32,000 nt of DNA. Source: Bacteroidales bacterium. Lineage in GTDB: Bacteria; Bacteroidota; Bacteroidia; Bacteroidales; DTU049. Shown here in pieces: positions 1 to 8,833 of the stretch. Position numbers and translations under genes: made by a program. Position 1 is the stretch's first letter. Each line of letters starts with the position of its first letter. The stretch covers positions 1 through 32,000 of the forward strand of contig JAGPGB010000002.1 of assembly GCA_018056215.1 (NCBI GenBank), given 5' to 3'. The notes under the pieces were generated by a model. The model did not search any database. It was given only the letters and a program-made list of their open reading frames with translations, and was not told the origin of the DNA.

Positions 1-2
1 AA

Positions 3-116
3 AATAAAGCTCATTACAAAACTTGGATAATTGTGGCAGCTGCTATACAAATTTTAATTTATTTCATACCTCATAGTTTACTAGGTAGTGAGTTAGATTT
101 TACTGAAATAGAATAA
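3..116 (+). CDS. 3' end of an upstream CDS cut by the window edge (hydrophobic C-terminus, product unknown)
   Basis: Frame 3 is open from the window edge to TAA at 114-116 (NKAHYKTWIIVAAAIQILIYFIPHSLLGSELDFTEIE*). A run of 37 stop-free codons is unusual in such AT-rich DNA, and it includes one TM-like hydrophobic stretch. It has no start codon in the window, so it is absent from the ORF track. Confidence 0.3.
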   Translation, partial: NKAHYKTWIIVAAAIQILIYFIPHSLLGSELDFTEIE

Positions 117-137
117 TAATTAGTCATAATAATTCAT

Positions 138-145
138 TAAATTTG
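138..145 (+). promoter_or_regulatory. Bacteroidetes-type -7 promoter box (TAAATTTG, consensus TAnnTTTG) upstream of the endonuclease gene
   Basis: Exact TAnnTTTG match 23 nt upstream of the ATG at 169. The same motif recurs upstream of many genes in this window. Confidence 0.4.
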
Positions 146-168
146 TAAAATAATTTTAAAATATAAAA

Positions 169-1977
169 ATGACTAAACCATGGTCTATATCAACAACTAT
201 TAGAAATCCTGAGAGATTAAGAGATTTTCTAATGGTGTTGAAAACTTTGGAAGGGCAAGAGTTTGATAAAAAAAATCAAATAGTTTATCAAATTCTTTTA
301 ATAAAAGAAAAGATATATAAACCAACAAATATTCCTGACAAATATTTGGATTATTATAATAATCCAGAAAGTAAATTAAGTTTCGAAATAGCTAATGAAA
401 TATTTGATTTGCAGAAATACAAAGATCCTCCAATGCGAGGTAGACAATCTGTTAATCCATTAAATAAATTGGGATTTTCAATTGCTAGGCAAGGGTATGG
501 TAAAATTAAAATAACTGAATTAGGAAATATTTTTTTACAAGAAAATTATGATTTAAGCTATATATTTTTTAAAAGTTTATTAAAATTACAATTTCCTAAT
601 CCATGGAGTGCTGATTTTTCTGAAAAAGATGGTTTTAATATAATGCCATTTATAGCAATAATTAAGCTTTTGAAAAAGATAAATGAAAGATCTGAAAATA
701 ATGGACTAACAAGACATGAGTTTTGTATTTTTATTCCAACATTAAAAAACTATGATCAAATAGATGAATATGTAGATAATATTTTAAATTATAGGAAATC
801 AAAGAATAAAAAAATATTTATAGAAAATTTTGTTAAGAAATTTTATCAAATAGATAATATTGAAGACAAAAAAATAAATAATTTATATGATTATGGTGAT
901 AATATAATGAGATATTTTAGACTTACTAAATATTTTAAACTTTCGATCAGCAATCCATTAGGCACTAACTGGACTATAGATATAGAAAAATCTAGAATAG
1001 AAGAAATAAATCAATTATTACTAATGTATGATGGAAGTGCTATTAAGTTTTCTAATACAGAAGATTATTTAAATTATATAGCTGACATATCATTACCTAA
1101 ATTGCCTTGGGAAAATATAGAAAATTTAAACAAAATATTTATATCTCTAAAGAATGAGACGCAAGATTTAATAAATAATAATAATATACAAATTCTACTA
1201 GAGGAAGAGCAGTTATTAAATATTGACACTAAAAATATAAATGTTAAATTACTCGAAGATGCAATATCTCAAATACGAAATTTGAATTTAAAAATAAAAG
1301 AAAAAATTAGAAAAAATGATTTACTTAATAATATTTCATATATAGAAAAACTAATACAAATTTTACAAGATGAAAAAAATTTAAGAAAATATTCTCCGGA
1401 GCAATTTGAAAAATTAATAACTGAATCATTTAAAATTATAAATGATGAAATATTAATTAAACCCAATTATCCTGTTGATGATGATGGGGAGCCTATAAAT
1501 CATTCACCCAAAGATAAAGCTGATATAGAGTGTTATTATAAAAATTTTAGAGCTATTTGTGAGGTTACATTAAATACTTCAAAATTACAATGGGTTTTGG
1601 AAGGTCAACCTATAATGAGGCATTTAAGAGATTTTGAGAATAAAAATAAAAATTATATTGTTTTTTGTATTTTTATTGCTCCTAAAGTAAATGTAGATAC
1701 TTATTCTCAGTTTTGGTTATCAGTAAAATATGAATATGACGGTAAACCACAAAAAATAGTACCAATGACAACATACCAATTTTCGTTTTTACTTAAAGCA
1801 TTGATTGAGTTATTGAAATATAATAAAAGATTTACTCATATTGAATTATATAATATTTACAATTCAATAATTAATAAAACAAATGAAATCAATGGTTTTT
1901 CTAAATGGGCAGAGCAGATAGAGATAATTTTAAATGATTGGTTTGAAAATATAATAAAAATTCATGAAATTAAATAA
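169..1977 (+). CDS. Type IIS restriction (or nicking) endonuclease, AlwI/MlyI/PleI/N.BstNBI-like family
   Basis: 602-aa ORF. Several blocks match my recollection of the RE_AlwI family (N.BstNBI is ~604 aa): PWSISTTIRNPERL, LLKLQFPNPW, NIMPFIAIIKLLKK..GLTRHEFCIF, MRYFRLTKYF, the C-terminal PD-(D/E)XK-like KADIECYYKNFRAICEVTLNTSK, and CIFIAPKVN. The stop (1975-1977) overlaps the ATG (1964) of the first of two DPPY methyltransferase genes. Family assignment is from memory and needs an HMM search. Confidence 0.75.
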   Translation: MTKPWSISTTIRNPERLRDFLMVLKTLEGQEFDKKNQIVYQILLIKEKIYKPTNIPDKYLDYYNNPESKLSFEIANEIFDLQKYKDPPMRGRQSVNPLNKLGFSIARQGYGKIKITELGNIFLQENYDLSYIFFKSLLKLQFPNPWSADFSEKDGFNIMPFIAIIKLLKKINERSENNGLTRHEFCIFIPTLKNYDQIDEYVDNILNYRKSKNKKIFIENFVKKFYQIDNIEDKKINNLYDYGDNIMRYFRLTKYFKLSISNPLGTNWTIDIEKSRIEEINQLLLMYDGSAIKFSNTEDYLNYIADISLPKLPWENIENLNKIFISLKNETQDLINNNNIQILLEEEQLLNIDTKNINVKLLEDAISQIRNLNLKIKEKIRKNDLLNNISYIEKLIQILQDEKNLRKYSPEQFEKLITESFKIINDEILIKPNYPVDDDGEPINHSPKDKADIECYYKNFRAICEVTLNTSKLQWVLEGQPIMRHLRDFENKNKNYIVFCIFIAPKVNVDTYSQFWLSVKYEYDGKPQKIVPMTTYQFSFLLKALIELLKYNKRFTHIELYNIYNSIINKTNEINGFSKWAEQIEIILNDWFENIIKIHEIK

Positions 1978-2752
1978 TATTTATTTAGGAGATTGCATAT
2001 TATTAATGAAAAGTGAAATTCCAGATAGTAGCATTGATTTGGTATATGCTGATCCACCATATAATCTATCTGGCAAATCTTTAAATTTAAAAAATAATAA
2101 TACTGGCGGTCCTTTTTATGAAATGAATGAAGATTGGGATAAAATGAATTATGATATATATTTAACATTTACACATAATTGGATTAGTGAAGTATATAGA
2201 ATATTAAAACCTAATGGAAGTTTATATATATCATGTACTTATCATAATATTGCTGAAATAATCATAAATGCTAAAAATAACGGTTTTAATTTGAATAATA
2301 TTTTATCATGGTATAAAATAAATGCTATGCCAAATATTACTAAAAGAACATTTACTCACTCTACTGAATATGTTTGTTGGTTTGTCAAAGGTAAAAATTG
2401 GAAATTTAATTATGAAAAAATTAAAGAATTTAATCCTCATAAAACTAAAGATGGAAAATCTAAACAAATGAGAGATTTTTTAGATTTTATAGATATGCCT
2501 ATTCTACAAGGCAAAGAAAGAATTAAGGCTGAAAATGGTAGAGCTATTCATCCAAACCAGAAACCAGAAAAATTAATTGAATTAATAATATTGGCTTCAT
2601 CAGATGAAAATGATATAGTTCTAGATCCTTTTTTTGGTACTGGCACTACAGGAATTGTAGCTAAAACATTAAATAGAAATTGGATAGGTATCGAAATTAA
2701 TGAGAAATATTACCAAATAGCATTTAATAGAATTTTTAAAGAAAATAAGTAA
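1964..2752 (+). CDS. DNA methyltransferase M1, beta-class amino-MTase (N6-adenine more likely than N4-cytosine)
   Basis: 262 aa. Motif IV VYADPPYNL lies near the N-terminus, followed by HPNQKPEKL and then motif I DPFFGTGTTG near the C-terminus. This IV-then-I order defines the beta class (N6_N4_Mtase type). The gene overlaps the upstream endonuclease gene by 14 nt. Confidence 0.9.
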   Translation: MKLNNIYLGDCILLMKSEIPDSSIDLVYADPPYNLSGKSLNLKNNNTGGPFYEMNEDWDKMNYDIYLTFTHNWISEVYRILKPNGSLYISCTYHNIAEIIINAKNNGFNLNNILSWYKINAMPNITKRTFTHSTEYVCWFVKGKNWKFNYEKIKEFNPHKTKDGKSKQMRDFLDFIDMPILQGKERIKAENGRAIHPNQKPEKLIELIILASSDENDIVLDPFFGTGTTGIVAKTLNRNWIGIEINEKYYQIAFNRIFKENK

Positions 2753-2757
2753 AAAAT

Positions 2758-3549
2758 ATGCAAAAAATAAATTTAATTTATGGTGACGCTATTGAAATTT
2801 TAAATAAAATAGATTCTAATAGTATTGATCTTATTTTTGCTGATCCTCCTTATAATTTATCTGGAGAAAATTATCAAACATGTAAAAGTGGTAAAATGTC
2901 TAAATGTAATAAAGGAGACTGGGATCAAATAGAAAATATTGATCTATTTAATGAAACATGGATTAGTGAATGTATAAGAGTTCTCAAAGATGATGGAACT
3001 ATCTGGATTTCTGGCACTTTACATAATCATCCTTCTATTGGTAAAATATTAAAACAGTTAAATCTATGGATAATTAATGATATTATTTGGTATAAACCTA
3101 ATGCAGCACCACTATTACAAAAAAATCGATTTACACCTTCGACAGAATTAATTTGGTTAGCTAGCAAATCTAAAAAATATAAATTTAATTATGATATTGC
3201 TGTTCAAATGAATAATGGTAAGCAAATGCGTAATTTATGGGAAATTCCTGCAGAAAGACATAAAACTCAACACCCTACAGAAAAACCTGAAAGATTATTA
3301 GAAAGAATAATATCTATCGGAAGTGAAGAAGGTGATATAATATTAGACCCTTTTATGGGGTCAGGAACAACTGGTGTTGTCGCTAAAAGACTAAATAGAA
3401 ATTTTATCGGTATAGAAATCGATGAATTATACTATTCAATTGCTAAACAAAGAATAGAAAAAGTTTTTATAGATAGCAATTTCAAATTTACTGAAAATAT
3501 TATTAATAATACTCTTAATATCGATTTTTCGGATACCTCTAATAAATGA
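2758..3549 (+). CDS. DNA methyltransferase M2, beta-class amino-MTase (second strand of an asymmetric site)
   Basis: 263 aa. Contains IFADPPYNL, HPTEKPERLLERII and DPFMGSGTTG in the same motif order as M1. It is a clear paralogue of M1 but not identical. It starts 5 nt after the M1 stop. Confidence 0.9.
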   Translation: MQKINLIYGDAIEILNKIDSNSIDLIFADPPYNLSGENYQTCKSGKMSKCNKGDWDQIENIDLFNETWISECIRVLKDDGTIWISGTLHNHPSIGKILKQLNLWIINDIIWYKPNAAPLLQKNRFTPSTELIWLASKSKKYKFNYDIAVQMNNGKQMRNLWEIPAERHKTQHPTEKPERLLERIISIGSEEGDIILDPFMGSGTTGVVAKRLNRNFIGIEIDELYYSIAKQRIEKVFIDSNFKFTENIINNTLNIDFSDTSNK

Positions 3550-3664
3550 GATCGTTGTAAATTTTATTAAAAAAAGGTTAGATATAAAAATTTGTATTTC
3601 ATTATTTACACTTTTTCATCATTTCATTTTTTTCTGTTAATTTCGAAAAAATTTTTTAATCTTT

Positions 3665-5137
3665 ATGAATCATCCACTTCATTTATACAACAGCATTTCT
3701 AAAAAAGTAGAACAATTTATTCCTATTAATGAGCCTTTTGTGGGTCTTTATGTTTGTGGTCCCACTGTTTATGGTGATCCACATTTAGGACACGCACGTC
3801 CTGCTATAATTTTCGATGTTTTATTTAGATATTTGAAAGAACTGGGTTATAAAGTGCGCTATGTACGTAATATTACTGATGTAGGACATTTAGAAAATGA
3901 TGCAGATGAAGGTGAAGATAAAATTCAAAAAAAAGCACGTCTAGAACAATTAGAACCTATGGAAATAGTAAATTACTATACTCGTAGATATCATCAAGCT
4001 TTAGACATGCTCAATACTTTACCTCCTTCTATTGAGCCTTTTGCTTCAGGTCATATACCTGAACAAATCGAATTAATCGAAGAAATTTTAAATAATGGTT
4101 ATGCATATATTTCTAATGGTTCAGTATATTTTGATGTCGTTAAATACCAGAATGATACTAATTTATATGGCATTTTAAGTGGTCGTAAATTAGAAGATCT
4201 ATTAGCTCATACCAGAGAATTACAAGGTAAAGAAGAGAAAAAAAGTCCTTATGACTTTGCTTTGTGGAAAAAATCATCTCCTCAGCATATCATGCAATGG
4301 AATTCTCCTTGGAGCAAGGGTTTTCCTGGTTGGCATTTAGAATGTTCTGTAATGGGTGCTAAATATCTTGGAGTGCCTTTTGATATTCACGGAGGTGGTT
4401 TAGATTTACAATTTCCTCATCATGAGTGCGAAATAGCTCAATCTGTTGCTGCTAGAGGCGTGCAACCTGTTAAATACTGGGTACATAATAATTTGATTAC
4501 TATTAATGGGCAAAAAATGAGCAAAAGTCTAAATAATTTTATTACTCTTGAGCAACTTTTTAATGGTACTCATCCAGCTTTAGAAAATGCATTCTCACCA
4601 ATGGTCGTTAGGTTTTTTATTTTACAAGCTCATTATAGAAGTCCTTTAGATTTTTCTAATGAAGCTTTGAAAGCTGCTGAAAGTGGATTAGATAGATTAT
4701 CAAAAGCTTTTAATAAAATTGATAAATTATCTTCAGATGCAGAGAGTCCTAATTCAAATTTACTTGAAATTAAAAACAAAATTTTAAATGCTTTAAATGA
4801 TGACCTAAATACTCCTATAGCTATTGCTAATCTTTTCGAAGCAGTTAAAATTATCAATTTAGCTTCTGAACAAAAAATTAATTTAAATAATAATGATATC
4901 GACATACTGCACTGGATGAAAAATATTTTTATTGAAAATATATTAGGTCTCAAGCTAGAAAAAACACAAAATTTACATGACATTGCTCCTTTTATTGAAT
5001 TAATTTTAGACATCAGAACACAACTAAAACATCAAAAAAATTATGCTTTAGCTGATGAAATAAGAAATAGATTAAAAAATTTGGGTGTTGTTGTTAATGA
5101 TAATAAAGATAAATATACATGGGAAATAGAAGATTAA
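3665..5137 (+). CDS. cysS: Cysteine--tRNA ligase
   Basis: 490 aa. Class I HIGH motif (HLGHARP), KMSKS motif (GQKMSKS), WHLECS zinc/cysteine-binding region and typical length. Confidence 0.97.
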   Translation: MNHPLHLYNSISKKVEQFIPINEPFVGLYVCGPTVYGDPHLGHARPAIIFDVLFRYLKELGYKVRYVRNITDVGHLENDADEGEDKIQKKARLEQLEPMEIVNYYTRRYHQALDMLNTLPPSIEPFASGHIPEQIELIEEILNNGYAYISNGSVYFDVVKYQNDTNLYGILSGRKLEDLLAHTRELQGKEEKKSPYDFALWKKSSPQHIMQWNSPWSKGFPGWHLECSVMGAKYLGVPFDIHGGGLDLQFPHHECEIAQSVAARGVQPVKYWVHNNLITINGQKMSKSLNNFITLEQLFNGTHPALENAFSPMVVRFFILQAHYRSPLDFSNEALKAAESGLDRLSKAFNKIDKLSSDAESPNSNLLEIKNKILNALNDDLNTPIAIANLFEAVKIINLASEQKINLNNNDIDILHWMKNIFIENILGLKLEKTQNLHDIAPFIELILDIRTQLKHQKNYALADEIRNRLKNLGVVVNDNKDKYTWEIED

Positions 5138-6120
5138 TACAAAATTTTACAATATTATTACTTTTTTCAACTTTATTTTTAGGAAGTTGCAAAAAAAATA
5201 TTGATAAAGATACTGATAAACAGCAAAAAATTGATATTAAAGTACCAAATTTTAATGCTGATAGAGCTTATGATTTTATAGCTAAACAAGTTTCTTTTGG
5301 TCCTAGAGTACCTGGTACTAATGCTCATACGCTCTGTGGTAATTGGTTAATAAACAAATTAGATAGTTTGGCAGATACTGTATATGTGCAAACTTTTAAA
5401 GCTCGCATTTATTCTGGTGAAATCAAAGAAGGTAAAAACATTATTGCACAGTTTAATCCCAGTCTTCAAAAAAGAATTTTACTCTCTGCTCACTGGGATA
5501 GCCGTCCCTATGCAGACTATGACCCTGATCCTAATAATCACAATACACCTATTCCAGGAGCTAATGACGGAGCATCTGGTGTAGGCATATTATTAGAATT
5601 AGCAAATTTGCTTAACGAAAATTCACCATCTATCGGCATAGATATTGCTTTTTGGGATATAGAAGATTGGGGAGAACCCCGAAGTGTACAATCTAGCAAT
5701 GGAGAGTTTTGGTGCCTTGGCAGCCAGTATTGGAGTAGAAATAGATTACCATTCAATTATAATGCAAATTATGGAATTCTTTTAGACATGGTAGGAGCTA
5801 GTAATGCTACATTTTATTATGAAGGTATTTCTAATGAATATGCACCATCAATATTAAAAAAAGTTTGGGATATCGCAGCTAAATTAGGTTATAATAAATA
5901 TTTCATCCCAGAAAATGCAGCCCCTATTACTGATGATCATCTGTATCTAAATACTATAGCCAATATCCCTACTATAGATATTATTCACCAAGATAAAAAT
6001 AGCTCAACTGGGTTTTTCCCTTACTGGCATACAGTAGGCGATGATTTAGATAAAATAGATAAAAATACATTGTCTGCTGTAGGTAGTGTTTTAGCATATT
6101 TGATCTATAATGAAAAATAA
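5119..6120 (+). CDS. M28-family zinc peptidase-like / glutaminyl-cyclase-like lipoprotein
   Basis: 333 aa. Lipoprotein signal ([21 protein letters not shown]). M28 metal-ligand blocks [11 protein letters not shown] and [16 protein letters not shown], with DMVG and a C-terminal WHT. The ATG overlaps the cysS 3' end by 19 nt. Confidence 0.8.
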   Translation: MGNRRLIQNFTILLLFSTLFLGSCKKNIDKDTDKQQKIDIKVPNFNADRAYDFIAKQVSFGPRVPGTNAHTLCGNWLINKLDSLADTVYVQTFKARIYSGEIKEGKNIIAQFNPSLQKRILLSAHWDSRPYADYDPDPNNHNTPIPGANDGASGVGILLELANLLNENSPSIGIDIAFWDIEDWGEPRSVQSSNGEFWCLGSQYWSRNRLPFNYNANYGILLDMVGASNATFYYEGISNEYAPSILKKVWDIAAKLGYNKYFIPENAAPITDDHLYLNTIANIPTIDIIHQDKNSSTGFFPYWHTVGDDLDKIDKNTLSAVGSVLAYLIYNEK

Positions 6121-6122
6121 AT

Positions 6123-6578
6123 ATGCGAGTAGTCATTCAACGCGTTAATACTGCAGCTGTTAAGGTTAATAATGATATTATTAGTTCTATAAATGATGGA
6201 TTATTATTACTCATCGGTTTTGAGGCAGAAGAGACTACTGCAGATATGCAATGGCTCGCAAATAAAATCATTAATTTACGCATATTTAGTGATAACAATG
6301 GATTAATGAATTTATCAGTTGCAGATATCAATGGCGATATTTTAGTTGTTAGCCAATTCACATTATATGCATGGACTAAAAAAGGTAATCGACCATCTTT
6401 CTCACGTGCTGCTTCTTATGAAATTGGTGAAAAATATTACAACACATTTCTCGAAATTTTACAAAATAGTTTCCATAAAATAATATTTACAGGAATTTTT
6501 GGGGCTAATATGCAAATAGATTTAGTGAATGATGGACCTGTTACAATATTTATGGATACTAAAAACAAAGATTTTTAG
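6123..6578 (+). CDS. dtd: D-aminoacyl-tRNA deacylase
   Basis: 151 aa. MRVVIQRV N-terminus, SQFTLYA and NDGPVT motifs, typical size. Confidence 0.95.
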   Translation: MRVVIQRVNTAAVKVNNDIISSINDGLLLLIGFEAEETTADMQWLANKIINLRIFSDNNGLMNLSVADINGDILVVSQFTLYAWTKKGNRPSFSRAASYEIGEKYYNTFLEILQNSFHKIIFTGIFGANMQIDLVNDGPVTIFMDTKNKDF

Positions 6579-6662
6579 TTAATTATTAATAATTGTAATA
6601 TTTTTATTAAAACTACTGCAAAATTGAAAAATATTTATTAAATTTGTTTATGAAATAAAAAA

Positions 6663-7256
6663 ATGAATATTTTAATACATTTATTTTTTTCACAAAATGA
6701 TGAAAATATAATTTTGGGAAATTTTATAGCAGATTACATTAGAGGCATTAATAGAATAAAAGAATATCCTCCTCAAATACAATCTGGCATTAAGCTACAT
6801 CAATGGATTGATAATTATTCTGATAATAATGTAATTGTTAAAAAATCTATTTCTATATTTAGTCCATCACTAAAACATTATGCATCAGTAGCCGTAGATG
6901 TAATTTATGACCATTTCATGGCTAATAATTGGGAAAAATTTTCTAAAACATCATTAACTAATACAATAAATGAATTTTATATTATTTTGAAGAATAATTA
7001 TAATATTTTACCAAATAAAGCTAAAAAAGCGGTCGACCATATGATAACAAATAATTGGCTAATGATGTACAAAGACTTATCTGGACTAAAACATATATTC
7101 GAATGGATGGATTCACGTGCTTCTTTTGAAGCTAACTTGACAAATTCTGTAGAAATATTATTAGAGTATTATTCAGACATAGAAAATGATTTTTTTGCAT
7201 TTATAGACAAAATGATAATAGATTTCGACAAAATACAATCAGACATTAATGAATAG
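6663..7256 (+). CDS. acpH: Acyl carrier protein phosphodiesterase-like protein (AcpH/DUF479 family)
   Basis: 197 aa. The N-terminus MNILIHLFFS...GNFIADYIRG parallels E. coli AcpH (MNFLAHLHLA...GNLLADFVRG). It also has a DVIYDHF block (E. coli DVMWDHF) and similar length. Confidence 0.7.
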   Translation: MNILIHLFFSQNDENIILGNFIADYIRGINRIKEYPPQIQSGIKLHQWIDNYSDNNVIVKKSISIFSPSLKHYASVAVDVIYDHFMANNWEKFSKTSLTNTINEFYIILKNNYNILPNKAKKAVDHMITNNWLMMYKDLSGLKHIFEWMDSRASFEANLTNSVEILLEYYSDIENDFFAFIDKMIIDFDKIQSDINE

Positions 7257-7350
7257 TGAAATGTGTTATAATTTATTTTTATTAGCTCTCCTCTACTCTA
7301 TTTCTAAATAACATTTTAAAATTTTATTTTTAATTTTACATAAAAAATAA

Positions 7351-8613
7351 ATGAAAAGAAATAACATAATAATTGTAATATTAATTTTTTTGAGTATAAG
7401 TCTGCAAAGTCAAAAGGTATTGATACCCATGGATAATGCACAAAATGATCATTTAAAAGCTTATGGACTTACATATTTTATGTTAGAGAATGGATTTGAG
7501 GTGGAGTGGTTATTAAATTATAGAGGTGGTAGTTTTATGATGCCATATGGCAAACCATTGATTCAAGAATGTATTTTGAGAGGAATAAGTTATGAAATAT
7601 TATCAGAATCTCAAGCAATTGCTATTTATGAGTACATAGCTGACCCATCAATTAATGCAGACGTTATTAAGCTCACTAAAGCTCCTAGAATAGCTGTTTA
7701 TGCACCACCTACTAATTTACCTTGGGACGATGCAGTAACATTAGTTCTAACCTATGCAGATATACCGTATGATCAGATATATGACAAAGAAGTTTTGCAA
7801 GGTATTTTGCCTACATATGACTGGCTACATATACATCATGAAGATTTTACAGGACAATTTGGTAAATTTTGGGCACAGTATAAAAACACAGAATGGTATC
7901 AAAAAGATCAACAATATGCAGAACAGCTAGCACGCTCATTGGGATTCACAAAAGTATCTCAACTTAAATTAGCTGTAGCAAAAAATATTAGAGATTATGT
8001 AGCTGGAGGTGGTTATTTATTTGCTATGTGCAGTGCACCAGAAAGTATAGATATAGCTTTAGCTGCTGATGGTGTAGACATATGTGATGTACCTTTTGAT
8101 GGAGATCCACCAGATCCTAATGCACAAGACAAATTAGATTATAGTAAAACTTTTGCTTTTACAAATTTCAAAATTTATACTAATCCATATATTTATGCAA
8201 AATCAGATATTGATGTTACAATGACTCGCCCTCAGATACGCGAAGAGGATGATTATTTTGCTTTATTTGAATTTTCTGCTAAATGGGATCCAGTACCTAC
8301 TATGCTTTGCCAAAATCATGAGAGAATAATAAAGGGATTTATGGGACAAGCTACAGCATTTAATAAAAGTAAAATAAAAAAAGATATTTTAATAATGGGA
8401 GAAAATAAATCTCTCAATGAAGCAAGATATATTCACGGCGAGTATGGTAGAGGTACATTTTCATTCTACGGAGGTCATGATCCAGAGGATTATCGTCATT
8501 TTGTTTATGATCCTCCTACTGATCTTAATTTATTTAAAAATTCACCAGGGTATCGATTAATTTTAAATAATGTACTCTTTCCTGCTGCACAAAGGAAAAA
8601 ATTGAAAACGTAA
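7351..8613 (+). CDS. Conserved exported protein of unknown function (Bacteroidetes family often auto-annotated as asparagine synthetase B)
   Basis: 420 aa. Signal peptide (MKRNNIIIVILIFLSISLQSQ). The blocks KVLIPMDNAQNDHLKAYGLTYF and GGGYLFAMCSAPESIDIAL resemble, from memory, a widespread Bacteroidetes family. No recognisable AsnB catalytic N-terminal Cys. Confidence 0.6.
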   Translation: MKRNNIIIVILIFLSISLQSQKVLIPMDNAQNDHLKAYGLTYFMLENGFEVEWLLNYRGGSFMMPYGKPLIQECILRGISYEILSESQAIAIYEYIADPSINADVIKLTKAPRIAVYAPPTNLPWDDAVTLVLTYADIPYDQIYDKEVLQGILPTYDWLHIHHEDFTGQFGKFWAQYKNTEWYQKDQQYAEQLARSLGFTKVSQLKLAVAKNIRDYVAGGGYLFAMCSAPESIDIALAADGVDICDVPFDGDPPDPNAQDKLDYSKTFAFTNFKIYTNPYIYAKSDIDVTMTRPQIREEDDYFALFEFSAKWDPVPTMLCQNHERIIKGFMGQATAFNKSKIKKDILIMGENKSLNEARYIHGEYGRGTFSFYGGHDPEDYRHFVYDPPTDLNLFKNSPGYRLILNNVLFPAAQRKKLKT

Positions 8614-8641
8614 AAATTGATAATTTAAAGAGAATAAAAAA

Positions 8642-8713
8642 TAGGCGGTAGGGGATTCGAACCCCTATCTTCAGAATGAGGGTCTGAGATCCTAACCCTT
8701 AGACGAACCGCCC
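8642..8713 (-). tRNA. tRNA-Glu-like gene, anticodon CUC by the canonical 7-nt loop parse, with atypical C33 and G1-U72
   Basis: The reverse complement GGGCGGTTCGTCTAAGGGTTAGGATCTCAGACCCTCATTCTGAAGATAGGGGTTCGAATCCCCTACCGCCTA folds as a cloverleaf. It has a 7-bp acceptor stem, a Glu-type D arm (UCGUCU..AGGA), anticodon stem TCAGA/TCTGA with loop CCCTCAT, a 4-nt variable loop and a GGGGTTCGAATCCCC T arm. No CCA is encoded. Confidence 0.8.
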
Positions 8714-8725
8714 AAATTATTTTTG

Positions 8726-8733
8726 CAAAATTA
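8726..8733 (-). promoter_or_regulatory. -7 promoter box TAATTTTG for the tRNA-Glu-like gene
   Basis: The plus-strand caaaatta is TAATTTTG on the minus strand, 12 nt upstream of the tRNA 5' end. Confidence 0.45.
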
Positions 8734-8833
8734 GATATAATTTATAATTATACCAAATTTATATTTTTAAAATCTTAAATTTAATACAAGTTTTCAATTT
8801 TTTATTAATTTTACGAAATAAAATTTTGGTTAA

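Noticed and set aside
1269-2168. Track ORFs 1269-1466(-) and 1962-2168(-), antisense to the endonuclease and M1 genes
   Set aside because: They lie entirely inside or antisense to much longer, motif-bearing ORFs. Their products are low-complexity and Ile/Phe/Leu/Ser-rich, typical of the reverse frame of AT-rich coding DNA. They have no promoter box or recognisable domain.
5119-5137. 19-nt overlap between cysS and the M28-like gene as a possible frameshift or fusion
   Set aside because: cysS ends with a normal full-length C-terminus, and the downstream ORF begins with a complete lipoprotein signal peptide. These are two independent genes with a simple overlap.
4633-6361. Track ORFs 4633-5013(-), 5384-5584(+), 5538-5756(-) and 6137-6361(-), inside cysS, the M28 protein gene and dtd
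   Set aside because: They overlap confidently identified genes in other frames, and their translations have no recognisable motifs. They are shadow ORFs.
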